From a virus, in the UHGV virus genome UHGV-0124555: a stretch of 14,092 bases of DNA. One strand, given 5' to 3'. The position numbers and the translations under genes are program-made. The notes below the pieces were generated by a model. The model did not search any database and was not told where the DNA came from. It saw nothing but the letters and a program-made list of their open reading frames with translations. Numbering within the stretch: position 1 is the stretch's first letter; every line of letters begins with the position of its first letter. Below are positions 1 to 7,321 of this stretch, one piece after another.

Positions 1-113
1 ACCAGCAATGGGTTCGCCGTTACGACATGACGGTGCGACTGCGCCGGAAGGTTGTGCGCGAGTACGGTATTAAATCGCTGGTGGAAGCACCAGTCATCTT
101 TTTCGGAGATTAA
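1..113 (+). CDS. 3' end of an upstream phage gene (partial; ...VREYGIKSLVEAPVIFFGD*), function unknown, possibly a tail completion or head-tail joining protein
   Basis: Open frame from the window start to TAA at 111-113, read by hand. GGAG at 105-108 then serves as the RBS for the next gene. Function is guessed from position only. Confidence 0.35.
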   Translation, partial: QQWVRRYDMTVRLRRKVVREYGIKSLVEAPVIFFGD

Positions 114-116
114 GCT

Positions 117-1262
117 ATGGCACAGGGCTTGCCTGTATCAAACGTTGTTAATGTTGATGTGATCATGTCGCCGCGTGCAGCATCAGGGCGAAATTTTGGT
201 GCATTACTCATTCTCGGCCCGTCCACAATCATTCCGGTAAGTGAGCGCATTCGTCGTTATTCTGCCGCGGAAGATATTGGAAAAGATTTTGGCGTGGAAT
301 CACCAGAATATAAGGCTGCGCAGGTGTTTTTCTCTCAATCACCGAAACCTCAGGAGGTTTTTGTTGGTCGTTGGGTGAAAACGAAGGGAGACAGCGAACA
401 GGCCACGCCTGAGACGCTGGAGCAGGCTGTGAATGCCATGCTCGATTATACTTCATGGTATGGGCTGGGGATTGCAGACGATGCAGATATTCCGGATGCA
501 GACTGGCTGAAAGTGGCTGCGGCGATCGAATCCTCTTCTGTAAGCCGTATTCTGGCGATTACGACAAGCGATGAGAAATGCCTGCAGACTGCATCCAGCG
601 ATGATTTGGCATCAAAACTGAAAACCGCCGGATATTCACGCAGTTTTATTCAATATTCATCGGGTAATAAATACGCTGCGTTATCTGCATTTGGCCGGGC
701 ATTCACGGTTAATTTTAATGGCAGTAATACCGCGATTACGCTCAAGTTTAAGCAGGAGCCGGGCGTCGGGTATGAAACACTGACAGTCAGCCAGGCATCG
801 GCACTTGATGCAAAAAACTGCAATGTATTCGTGTACTACCAGAATGATACGGCTATCCTCCAGCAGGGAGTGATGGCTAACGGCGATTTCTTTGATGAAC
901 GCCACGGCCTGGACTGGTTACAGAATTATGTGCAGACCAACCTCTATAACCTGCTTTATACCAGCACCACGAAAGTTCCCCAGACTGAAGCCGGTATTAC
1001 CCGACTGTTATCAAGTGTTGAAAAATCACTGGATCAGGCCGTTCAGAATGGACTGATTGCTCCGGGCGTATGGAACGGGGGCAACCTTGGTCAGTTGTCA
1101 TCGGGTGACACGCTGCCCAAAGGTTATTACGTATACGCCCAGCCGCTGGATGAACAGGCACAATCAGAACGTGAAGCCCGTAAGGCTCCGGTGATTCAGG
1201 CTGCAATAAAACTTGCAGGCGCGGTTCATTACGCTGACGTACAGATTAACGTTGTTCGCTAA
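117..1262 (+). CDS. Putative contractile tail sheath protein (DUF3383-like)
   Basis: 381-aa ORF with GGAG RBS 8 nt upstream of ATG. It is the first gene of a sheath-tube-chaperone-tape measure series. Size and position fit the short DUF3383-type sheath proteins recalled from memory; no similarity search was run. Confidence 0.6.
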   Translation: MAQGLPVSNVVNVDVIMSPRAASGRNFGALLILGPSTIIPVSERIRRYSAAEDIGKDFGVESPEYKAAQVFFSQSPKPQEVFVGRWVKTKGDSEQATPETLEQAVNAMLDYTSWYGLGIADDADIPDADWLKVAAAIESSSVSRILAITTSDEKCLQTASSDDLASKLKTAGYSRSFIQYSSGNKYAALSAFGRAFTVNFNGSNTAITLKFKQEPGVGYETLTVSQASALDAKNCNVFVYYQNDTAILQQGVMANGDFFDERHGLDWLQNYVQTNLYNLLYTSTTKVPQTEAGITRLLSSVEKSLDQAVQNGLIAPGVWNGGNLGQLSSGDTLPKGYYVYAQPLDEQAQSEREARKAPVIQAAIKLAGAVHYADVQINVVR

Positions 1263-1272
1263 GGGGAAGTGA

Positions 1273-1713
1273 ATGTCTACCTATTCTTTTATGGATGTCA
1301 CTGCGACGCTGACCGGGCCGACCGGTTCGATTGACCTCGGGTACGGTTCTGCAAGTTCTGAAGAGGGGATTGTGGTTGCGATGGGCGGTCCTAAAAACAC
1401 CATGACCATCGGTGCTGATGGCGAAGTGATGCACAGTCTCCATGCAGATAAAAGCGGGACGATTACCGTTAACCTTCTGAAGACATCACCGACAAATAAA
1501 AAATTGTCGCTGGCGTATAACGCACAGAGCCAGTCTTCTGCCACATGGGGGAATAACGTTATTGTGATCCGAAACAAGGTCAGCGGCGACATCATCACGG
1601 CACGTAGTGTTGCGTTCCAGAAACAACCGGATAATGCCAACGCTAAAACCGGTAATACGATGCCGTGGGTGTTTGACTGCGGCAAGATTGACCAGGTTCT
1701 CGGGGAGTTTTAA
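1273..1713 (+). CDS. Putative tail tube protein (DUF3277-like)
   Basis: 146-aa ORF starting 10 nt after the sheath stop, with AGGGGAAG RBS. Size and position match a tail tube between sheath and chaperone. Confidence 0.6.
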   Translation: MSTYSFMDVTATLTGPTGSIDLGYGSASSEEGIVVAMGGPKNTMTIGADGEVMHSLHADKSGTITVNLLKTSPTNKKLSLAYNAQSQSSATWGNNVIVIRNKVSGDIITARSVAFQKQPDNANAKTGNTMPWVFDCGKIDQVLGEF

Positions 1714-1716
1714 TAC

Positions 1717-2169
1717 ATGGAATTCGAAATCAAAGGCGTGAAATATCGCGCGGCAAAACTCAGCGTTTTTGATCAGCTGAAAGTGACCCGCAAACTTCTG
1801 CCGGTGCTGGCAGGAATGATGTCAGATTTCGGGAGCATTCGCTCCCGTTTGCCTGCTGATGGCAAAATCGACACCGTGAAATTCGAGCAGTTAAAACCGG
1901 TGTTTGAAACCATGCTCCCGCGTATCGCTGAGGAACTGTCTTCCCTGACCGAAGATGACACCAGTGCGATTATTCATCCCTGTCTTGCGGTGGTATCGCG
2001 GCGTCATATGGACGGATGGGTTCCGGTATTTACCCAGGGCGAACTGATGTTTGATGATATTGACTTGCTGGTCATGCTGCATCTGGTGGCGCGGGTGGTC
2101 GCCGATTCGCTGGGAAATTTTTTGCCTACACCCCTTACCAGCACGACGCAGAGCCTGCAACAGGGCTGA
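1717..2169 (+). CDS. Tail assembly chaperone (lambda G-like short product)
   Basis: 150-aa ORF immediately upstream of the tape measure gene. Its 3' end overlaps a second open frame and contains a slippery run, the classic arrangement for tail chaperones. Confidence 0.65.
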   Translation: MEFEIKGVKYRAAKLSVFDQLKVTRKLLPVLAGMMSDFGSIRSRLPADGKIDTVKFEQLKPVFETMLPRIAEELSSLTEDDTSAIIHPCLAVVSRRHMDGWVPVFTQGELMFDDIDLLVMLHLVARVVADSLGNFLPTPLTSTTQSLQQG

Positions 2170-2357
2170 CGTTTAACAGCCTGCCTGACGGGCTGTCTTA
2201 CCTTCTCAATCCGGTTGACGCCGGGTTAATTCCTTATACAGCACTTAAAGATGGCTCTGTCGATTTGTACGACATTGCTCTCTTGAATGACCATCTGGCG
2301 GTAAAAGCGGATAACCAGCGGCGCATTGAGAAATGGAGAGAGGATAATGAACGCTGA
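1717..2357 (+). CDS. Tail assembly chaperone, -1 frameshift fusion product (lambda GT-like, about 210 aa)
   Basis: The -1 frame is open from 2064 to TGA at 2355-2357 (hand-translated ...KFFAYTPYQHDAEPATGLTFNSLPDGL...IEKWREDNER*). It overlaps the chaperone 3' end and the first 11 nt of the tape measure gene. Slippery run GGGAAATTTTTTG lies at 2112-2124. Confidence 0.5.
2112..2124 (+). other. Candidate -1 programmed ribosomal frameshift site (overlapping heptamers A_AAT_TTT and T_TTT_TTG)
   Basis: Chaperone-frame codons GGA AAT TTT TTG sit inside an A3T6 run. The heptamers at 2115-2121 and 2118-2124 fit the X_XXY_YYZ pattern and lie within the overlap of the two open frames. Confidence 0.45.
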
Positions 2358-4299
2358 AACTATTAAAGATTTCCTCGTCTCGCTTGGCTTCAGTGTGGAT
2401 GATGCAGGAGCGAAAAAGTTCGGTTCTGTCCTCGCCGGTACAACTGCAAATGTCATCAAAATGGGGCTGGCTGTTGAAGGAGCTGCGCTGTCCGTGGTGG
2501 CCTTCACGGCTAAGATCGCCTCCGGCCTGGATAATCTTTACTGGGCGTCACAGCGCACCGGCGCGACAGTCCAGGGAATTCAGTCTATTGGCTATGCGGT
2601 TTCGCAGGTTGGCGGCAGCGTGGACGCTGCGCGATCTTCTCTGGAAAGCCTCTCCCGGTTTATTCGTAACAATCCCGGTGCAGAAGGCTTTCTGAATCGC
2701 CTGGGCGTACAGACCCGTGATGCCAGCGGTAACATGCGTGACATGGCCGCTATTTTTACAGGTGTAGGCCAGAAGCTCAGCGGCATGCCGTATTACCGGG
2801 CTAACCAGTATGCGCAGATGCTGGGCATTGACGAAAATACCCTTATGGCGATGCGCCGGGGTGTGGGTGATTTCTCCGGGCAGTACAGCGCAATGGCGAA
2901 AGCTATCGGCTTCAATGCTGACGAGGCTGCCTTATCGTCAAACCGGTTTATGACCTCGCTGAAATCGCTCGGTGAAATGGCCGGGATGGCGCGGGACAAA
3001 ATCGGATCGAATCTTGCGGACGGACTGGCGGGGCAGATTGATAACCTGCGCAAAAAGATAATTGAAAATTTTCCCAAAATTGAAGTCACCATCACAAAGG
3101 TCATAAAGGGGATCCTCTGGCTGGGTGAGATAGTCGGGCGGGTAGCATTTCGGATAGTCGATGGTGTCGGAGATATCATCGAGTGGTGGGGGAAACTGGA
3201 TGCCGAAACGAAAACCCTGATAGAGGTTATCGGCGGTCTGGTTGTCGCCATGCGGATACTTAACTCTACTTTCTGGATGTCACCTATAGGGCTGATTACC
3301 GGTCTGATCGTTGCTCTCGGTCTCTTGTGGGAAGACTACAAAACATGGAAAGAAGGCGGTAACAGTCTTATCGACTGGGAAAAATGGCAACCGGCAATAG
3401 ATAAAGCGAAGGATGCGATCACCTGGCTTCGTGATCACCTTCTGGAACTAAAAGATGGTGTTGGCGGCTGGCAAAATGCACTGGAGTTGCTGGCGACTTT
3501 TATCGCCGGAGTATGGATTAGCAAGGTCACAGGAGCATTTTCACGACTTGCAGGGATACCGGTCCCGCCGTGGTTAAAAGGCTGGATGGCTTATGCTGCG
3601 TATTTGTACTCCGATCGCGAAAATATTGGTGCCAGTGCGAAGTCATCCTGGGATTACACGAAACAAAATATTGGAGATTCATTGCGCTGGCTTGGCATTG
3701 ATACCGATTTTGGTCGTAATCCTCATATCGTAAAAGGCGCAAATATTCAGTCAGATATTCCAGGTGCTGAGCCGGAACAACATGCACAGGCTACGAAGCG
3801 TACTTTAGCCGATCGGAATAACAATCCAGGGAATATTCGCCCGGTGAGCGGCAAAGGGTTCCGGTTTTTCGAATCAGCTCTTGAGGGCTGGGAGGCGATG
3901 AAAAAACAGCTCATGCGTTACTTTACCGGGAAAACAACCGGACGGGCATTACAGACTATTCAGGATATTGTCAGTACCTGGGCCCCGGCAGGTGATAACA
4001 ACGATCCGAAAAAGTATGCACAGGATGTTGCGAAATGGATGGGAGTATCACCGAATGCAATATTGAATCTTACAGATCCCCAGACTATGGGTGCATTGAT
4101 GCAGTCGATGGCGCGAAAAGAAGGTTATTCAAACTGGAACAGCCCGCTGGCGTATCAGGCCGCCGCTGGCAGCCTTAACCAGCAGACTGTTATAAATGTT
4201 CATGGAGTTAACAACCCTCAGGAGGCGGCTAATCTGATCGCTGACAAGCAGGGGGCTGTAAATGCCAGGGCGGTACAGCAATTGAAAGGACCTGCGTAA
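2347..4299 (+). CDS. Tail tape measure protein
   Basis: Longest ORF in the module (650 aa from ATG 2347), directly after the chaperone pair. GGAGAGAGG RBS sits 5-6 nt upstream of ATG 2347; the ORF-track TTG at 2326 lacks an RBS. Long hydrophobic segments in the middle (for example LIEVIGGLVVAMRILNSTFWMSPIGLITGLIVALGLLW) are typical of tape measures. Confidence 0.8.
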   Translation: MNAETIKDFLVSLGFSVDDAGAKKFGSVLAGTTANVIKMGLAVEGAALSVVAFTAKIASGLDNLYWASQRTGATVQGIQSIGYAVSQVGGSVDAARSSLESLSRFIRNNPGAEGFLNRLGVQTRDASGNMRDMAAIFTGVGQKLSGMPYYRANQYAQMLGIDENTLMAMRRGVGDFSGQYSAMAKAIGFNADEAALSSNRFMTSLKSLGEMAGMARDKIGSNLADGLAGQIDNLRKKIIENFPKIEVTITKVIKGILWLGEIVGRVAFRIVDGVGDIIEWWGKLDAETKTLIEVIGGLVVAMRILNSTFWMSPIGLITGLIVALGLLWEDYKTWKEGGNSLIDWEKWQPAIDKAKDAITWLRDHLLELKDGVGGWQNALELLATFIAGVWISKVTGAFSRLAGIPVPPWLKGWMAYAAYLYSDRENIGASAKSSWDYTKQNIGDSLRWLGIDTDFGRNPHIVKGANIQSDIPGAEPEQHAQATKRTLADRNNNPGNIRPVSGKGFRFFESALEGWEAMKKQLMRYFTGKTTGRALQTIQDIVSTWAPAGDNNDPKKYAQDVAKWMGVSPNAILNLTDPQTMGALMQSMARKEGYSNWNSPLAYQAAAGSLNQQTVINVHGVNNPQEAANLIADKQGAVNARAVQQLKGPA

Positions 4300-4949
4300 T
4301 GGACTTTTTATCTGTTTTACTGCAGCAGCGAACCCGCTCAATAGGAATCATTATTCCTGATGTGGTTATTACCGAAAAGCACACTGACGCCCTGGAAATT
4401 ACGGAACATCCGGTTGAACAGCCCACGAATGCTGGTGCCAGTGGTGAGGGCGCTGGTTATATATCAGAACACGCATTCAGGCGCCCTTCTGAGGTTGTGA
4501 TGGAAACCGGTTTTTCCGGAGGCGGATCGCTGCTTGATTTTGCCAGTAACCTGACGGCTACCAGTTTACTGGGTCTGAGCCCGAAAGAACTGTATCAGGA
4601 ACTGCTTAACCTGCAGCGGAATCGTATTCCTTTCGATGTGACAACCGGCAAGCGTATTTACAACAATATGTTGATAAAAACGCTGGAGGTCACGACCGAT
4701 AAGAGTAGTGAAAATGTGCTTCTGGCGACCCTTACCCTCAGGGAGGTGATTATTACCTCCACGCAGTCAATCAGGGTTGCCTCGAAAAACAATATGACCG
4801 AGGGAGTCGGAACGTCTGCTGTGCAGAATACAGGCACCAAAACAACGGTGCCGCCGAATAATTCCATTCTGAAATCGCTGCCACAGATAGCGCAAAAAGG
4901 TGTCACCACTGTCGATGGGTATCTGAGCAATTTATTTCTGGGAAGGTGA
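4299..4949 (+). CDS. Tail/baseplate protein in the position of Mu gp43 (DNA-circularisation-like); function not established
   Basis: 216-aa ORF whose ATG overlaps the tape measure stop (TAATG). The position matches the Mu gene order Y-N-P-Q-V-W-R-S-U; no recognisable motif was seen. Confidence 0.45.
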   Translation: MDFLSVLLQQRTRSIGIIIPDVVITEKHTDALEITEHPVEQPTNAGASGEGAGYISEHAFRRPSEVVMETGFSGGGSLLDFASNLTATSLLGLSPKELYQELLNLQRNRIPFDVTTGKRIYNNMLIKTLEVTTDKSSENVLLATLTLREVIITSTQSIRVASKNNMTEGVGTSAVQNTGTKTTVPPNNSILKSLPQIAQKGVTTVDGYLSNLFLGR

Positions 4950-4952
4950 TTC

Positions 4953-5255
4953 ATGGAGGCCGTAGAAATCCCACTGGTTGCTGACAATCAGACTTTTGCC
5001 ACCACAATTAACGGTACGGTTTATCAGCTGTCTGTCATCTGGCGCGGAGAGTATTGGGTTCTGGATCTTGCTGACAGCAATGGTTCCGCCATTATCTCAG
5101 GCATTCCGATGATTACGGGGGCTGACCTGCTGGCGCAGTATCGATATATGAATCTCGGGTTTTCGCTGGTGGTACTCTGCGACGTGGCAGGGCAGGAAAA
5201 CCCGACGCAATTCGATCTTGGAACGCTCTCACACCTCTATGTTTTCACGGAGTAA
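4953..5255 (+). CDS. Small hypothetical tail/baseplate protein
   Basis: 100-aa ORF starting 4 nt after the previous stop, with GGAAGGTGA RBS. Tightly packed within the tail operon. Confidence 0.45.
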   Translation: MEAVEIPLVADNQTFATTINGTVYQLSVIWRGEYWVLDLADSNGSAIISGIPMITGADLLAQYRYMNLGFSLVVLCDVAGQENPTQFDLGTLSHLYVFTE

Positions 5256-5257
5256 CA

Positions 5258-6292
5258 ATGTCGAAAAACTGGATGCGTCACTTTGAATTATTGCTTGTTG
5301 ATGATAAGGGCGACGGGATAAAAATTTCTGAGCTTAAAGTCACTTTCAATATTCAGAAAATGCCTGCGAGCATATTTAATGGATTCGTTGGAAATTTTAA
5401 GGTTTATAACCTGTCCCCTACCACTCAGAACCGGATTATGCAAAAGGAGTTTTCGCGTATACAGGTTATTGCCGGATACAAGGGGCAACCGGATGCAGCA
5501 GGTAATTATCCTGATGAAAACGTTGGTATGATATTCAATGGAGATATCCGTTTTACTGTCACTGGTAAAGATAATGCCACAGACAGTTGGATCATGTTGC
5601 AGTGTATTGACAGCTGGGAAGGTCACCTGAACGCAAGTGTGAAAACCACAGTGGCAGCTGGCTGGAAGTACAGCGATCTTTTCAGTCTGGGTATGAAATC
5701 ATTCGAACCATATGGCATCGAATCCGGTGCAGTTCCTGACATGCCGGAAACGGTATTTCCCAGAGGTCGCGTTGTTTATCAAAACACATCAAGGTTGATG
5801 AATCATATCGCAGGGCAGTGTAAAGCTAACTGGTGGTATGAAAATAATCTGGTAAATATTGTTCCTGAAGATAAATATATTGGTGTTGCTACGGTGTTGA
5901 ATGCTAACACCGGGCTTATCGGTATGCCACAGCAGACGATGGGAGCTGGCGTAAATGTCAGATGTCTGATTAATCCAAATATTAAGCTCGGTGGGCTTAT
6001 TCGTCTGGATCAGGCATCTGTATACCGTGCCTCTTTGAGTAATGACCAGGTAGCGAAATCGCCAGCACGACTGGATGAGTCTGAAAGCGACGGTAATCTC
6101 TACGTTAACGGTCTGCCAGGCATGTCACAGCCTGCCAGCATTAATACTGACGGTGATTACATTGTGGGCAGCATTGATTATACTGGCGACACCCGAGGGC
6201 AGGCGTGGTATATGGACCTGCTTTGCCTGGCTAAAGGTGGCAAAGAACTATTGGCAAAAGGCACTTTGGACAAAGTCGGAGATGTAGAGTGA
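5258..6292 (+). CDS. Putative baseplate hub protein (Mu gp44/P2 gpD-like) by synteny
   Basis: 344-aa ORF starting 3 nt after the previous stop. Size and position match the hub gene that precedes the spike in Mu-type tails. The 5' portion looks AT-rich relative to flanking tail genes, so a mosaic origin is possible. Confidence 0.45.
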   Translation: MSKNWMRHFELLLVDDKGDGIKISELKVTFNIQKMPASIFNGFVGNFKVYNLSPTTQNRIMQKEFSRIQVIAGYKGQPDAAGNYPDENVGMIFNGDIRFTVTGKDNATDSWIMLQCIDSWEGHLNASVKTTVAAGWKYSDLFSLGMKSFEPYGIESGAVPDMPETVFPRGRVVYQNTSRLMNHIAGQCKANWWYENNLVNIVPEDKYIGVATVLNANTGLIGMPQQTMGAGVNVRCLINPNIKLGGLIRLDQASVYRASLSNDQVAKSPARLDESESDGNLYVNGLPGMSQPASINTDGDYIVGSIDYTGDTRGQAWYMDLLCLAKGGKELLAKGTLDKVGDVE

Positions 6293-6624
6293 AAAAAGTA
6301 TTTTTTTGTTTATTCTTGGCCCTGCCGTTAACAGTTTCGGCGGCAACGCAGTGCGGACCATTCCGCTTTGATGCTGGTAATGATGGCCTCATGCACATCA
6401 ATGGTCAAAAGCCAGAAACACAAAAAATGACCTTTTTGAAACAAAAAGACGATTTCGATAATGTCATGATGCAATGGATGTTACCTGATCCTAATACTGG
6501 ACGTTGGTTAGGTATGGACTACATCAAACGAAACAAAAAAGCGATCCTCAACGTTGAAGTTATCCGCAAAAATATGGACGAGCCTCGGGAGTTCTGGACG
6601 TATGATTGCCGGAAGGTTAAATGA
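6289..6624 (+). CDS. Secreted/periplasmic protein of unknown function (accessory 'moron'); signal peptide MKKVFFCLFLALPLTVSA|ATQ
   Basis: 111-aa ORF with a GTG start overlapping the hub stop (GTGA). The N-terminus has a basic n-region, hydrophobic core and VSA cleavage motif, with no lipobox. The mature part has Cys near each end. The gene is visibly AT-rich and has its own terminator. Confidence 0.55.
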   Translation: MKKVFFCLFLALPLTVSAATQCGPFRFDAGNDGLMHINGQKPETQKMTFLKQKDDFDNVMMQWMLPDPNTGRWLGMDYIKRNKKAILNVEVIRKNMDEPREFWTYDCRKVK

Positions 6625-6639
6625 TCTTGCCCTCTCCGT

Positions 6640-6667
6640 AACCCACCGTCAGGTGGGTTTTTTGTTT
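6640..6667 (+). terminator. Rho-independent terminator after the signal-peptide gene
   Basis: Perfect 8-bp stem AACCCACC/GGTGGGTT with loop GTCA, followed by TTTTTTGTTT. The stop codon and last four codons (KKPT) of the convergent Mnt-like gene are encoded inside the hairpin and T-tract. Confidence 0.6.
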
Positions 6668-6969
6668 AGCAGTTCTCTCAACTTTTCGTTCTGCTCTCTG
6701 AACTTTTCCTGTATTTCTTTTTGCATGGCGATAACCTGGGCTTGAAGTTGAACTAGCGCATCAACATTTAGCGGAACCGAGACGCTGTTGATTTTGTCTG
6801 CTATTTCCCCAAGAGTATTTTCTGCATTCAAGGCATCTTCCAGTATCTGCACAATCTCTGAGTTCATTGATCTGCCGTTACGTTTAGCTCGTTCAGCTAT
6901 AGCATCTCGCATTCCGTCAGGAAAACGGAGGTTGAACTTGTCGTAGTCTTTTACTTGTTTTTCGGCCAT
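6649..6969 (-). CDS. mnt: Mnt-like ribbon-helix-helix (Arc/MetJ family) repressor with a C-terminal coiled-coil-like extension
   Basis: FNLRFPDGMRDAIAERAKRNGRSMNSEIVQILEDAL closely matches the P22 Mnt/Arc beta-strand and helix motif (FNxRxP ... NGRSxNSE), recalled from memory. The start is placed at ATG 6969 (MAEKQVKDYDKFNLRFP) rather than the ORF-track 6993. The C-terminal 60 aa are rich in Q/E/K/L. The gene is divergent from the arc-like gene, as in P22 immI. Confidence 0.7.
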   Translation of the reverse strand: MAEKQVKDYDKFNLRFPDGMRDAIAERAKRNGRSMNSEIVQILEDALNAENTLGEIADKINSVSVPLNVDALVQLQAQVIAMQKEIQEKFREQNEKLRELLNKKPT

Positions 6970-7076
6970 TGCAAATCTCTCAAAAAAAATCATGGTGCCA
7001 TATTGCCATATGATTTCAATGGTGGCATTATGGCCTTCATGGTGTCACTTTGGCACCAAATAAAGGAGATTAGATA
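6970..7076. promoter_or_regulatory. Divergent promoter/operator region between the mnt-like and arc-like genes (candidate Pant and Pmnt)
   Basis: Rightward candidate promoter: -35 TTGCCA (7003-7008), 17-bp spacer, -10 CATTAT (7026-7031). Leftward candidate -10 CATAAT sits on the - strand at 7027-7032. Repeats present: tandem TGCCATAT x2 (6996-7011), ATGGTG x3 (6992, 7019, 7039), and inverted pair GGTGCCA (6994-7000) / TGGCACC (7051-7057). AAGGAG RBS at 7063-7068. Confidence 0.4.
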
Positions 7077-7250
7077 ATGCAAGATACACTTTTCACTGAG
7101 CGCAAAAATATCAAACTCAACCTTCGCCTTCCATCACGGCTGAATGAAGACCTTCGCCGCCTGGCGGAAATGGACTGTATATCTCTGAACTCTGCAATTG
7201 TTCGTTTGCTGGCAAAAGGTGTTAGGGAAGAGGTGGCGAATGGTCGCTAA
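7077..7250 (+). CDS. arc: Arc-like ribbon-helix-helix repressor (57 aa; absent from the ORF track)
   Basis: Hand translation gives MQDTLFTERKNIKLNLRLPSRLNEDLRRLAEMDCISLNSAIVRLLAKGVREEVANGR*. AAGGAG RBS lies 8 nt upstream. The NLRLP beta-strand and SLNSAI helix follow the Arc pattern, and the gene sits directly upstream of the antirepressor-like gene as in P22 arc-ant. Confidence 0.7.
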   Translation: MQDTLFTERKNIKLNLRLPSRLNEDLRRLAEMDCISLNSAIVRLLAKGVREEVANGR

Positions 7251-7321
7251 AAACAGCGAAGCCCCGACAGCGGGAACTGGCGAGGCTTCTACATCAACAA
7301 ATCTGATCGGGAAATATTGAC
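7251..7321 (-). ncRNA. Candidate sar-like cis-antisense small RNA covering the antirepressor RBS and start codon
   Basis: Minus-strand candidate promoter inside the 5' end of the antirepressor gene: -10 TATACT (complement of 7328-7333), 17-bp spacer, -35 GTGAAA (complement of 7351-7356). Minus-strand terminator: stem GAAGCC (7258-7263) / GGCTTC (7284-7289) followed on the - strand by GCTGTTTTT. Predicted transcript is about 70 nt, analogous to P22 sar. Confidence 0.3.

Noticed and set aside
1281-1685. 134-aa ORF on the - strand inside the tail tube gene
   Set aside because: It is antisense to a gene with good start context and operon position, and is most likely a chance open frame.
2326-2346. 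TTG start at 2326 for the tape measure protein (ORF-track start)
   Set aside because: ATG 2347 is preceded by a strong GGAGAGAGG RBS. The upstream TTG has no RBS and lies inside the chaperone frameshift extension.
2793-3251. 152-aa ORF on the - strand inside the tape measure gene
   Set aside because: It lies entirely within the tape measure coding region on the opposite strand, with low-complexity translation and no start context.
6289-6360. Lipoprotein call for the 111-aa signal-peptide protein
   Set aside because: No lipobox ([LVI][ASTVI][GAS]C) is present; the Cys at position 22 follows ATQ. A signal peptidase I site (VSA|A) fits better.
6970-6993. ATG 6993 as the start of the Mnt-like protein (ORF-track start)
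   Set aside because: The additional N-terminal residues (MIFFERFA) have no RBS, and the RHH beta-strand motif begins shortly after the second Met. ATG 6969 is preferred but not proven.
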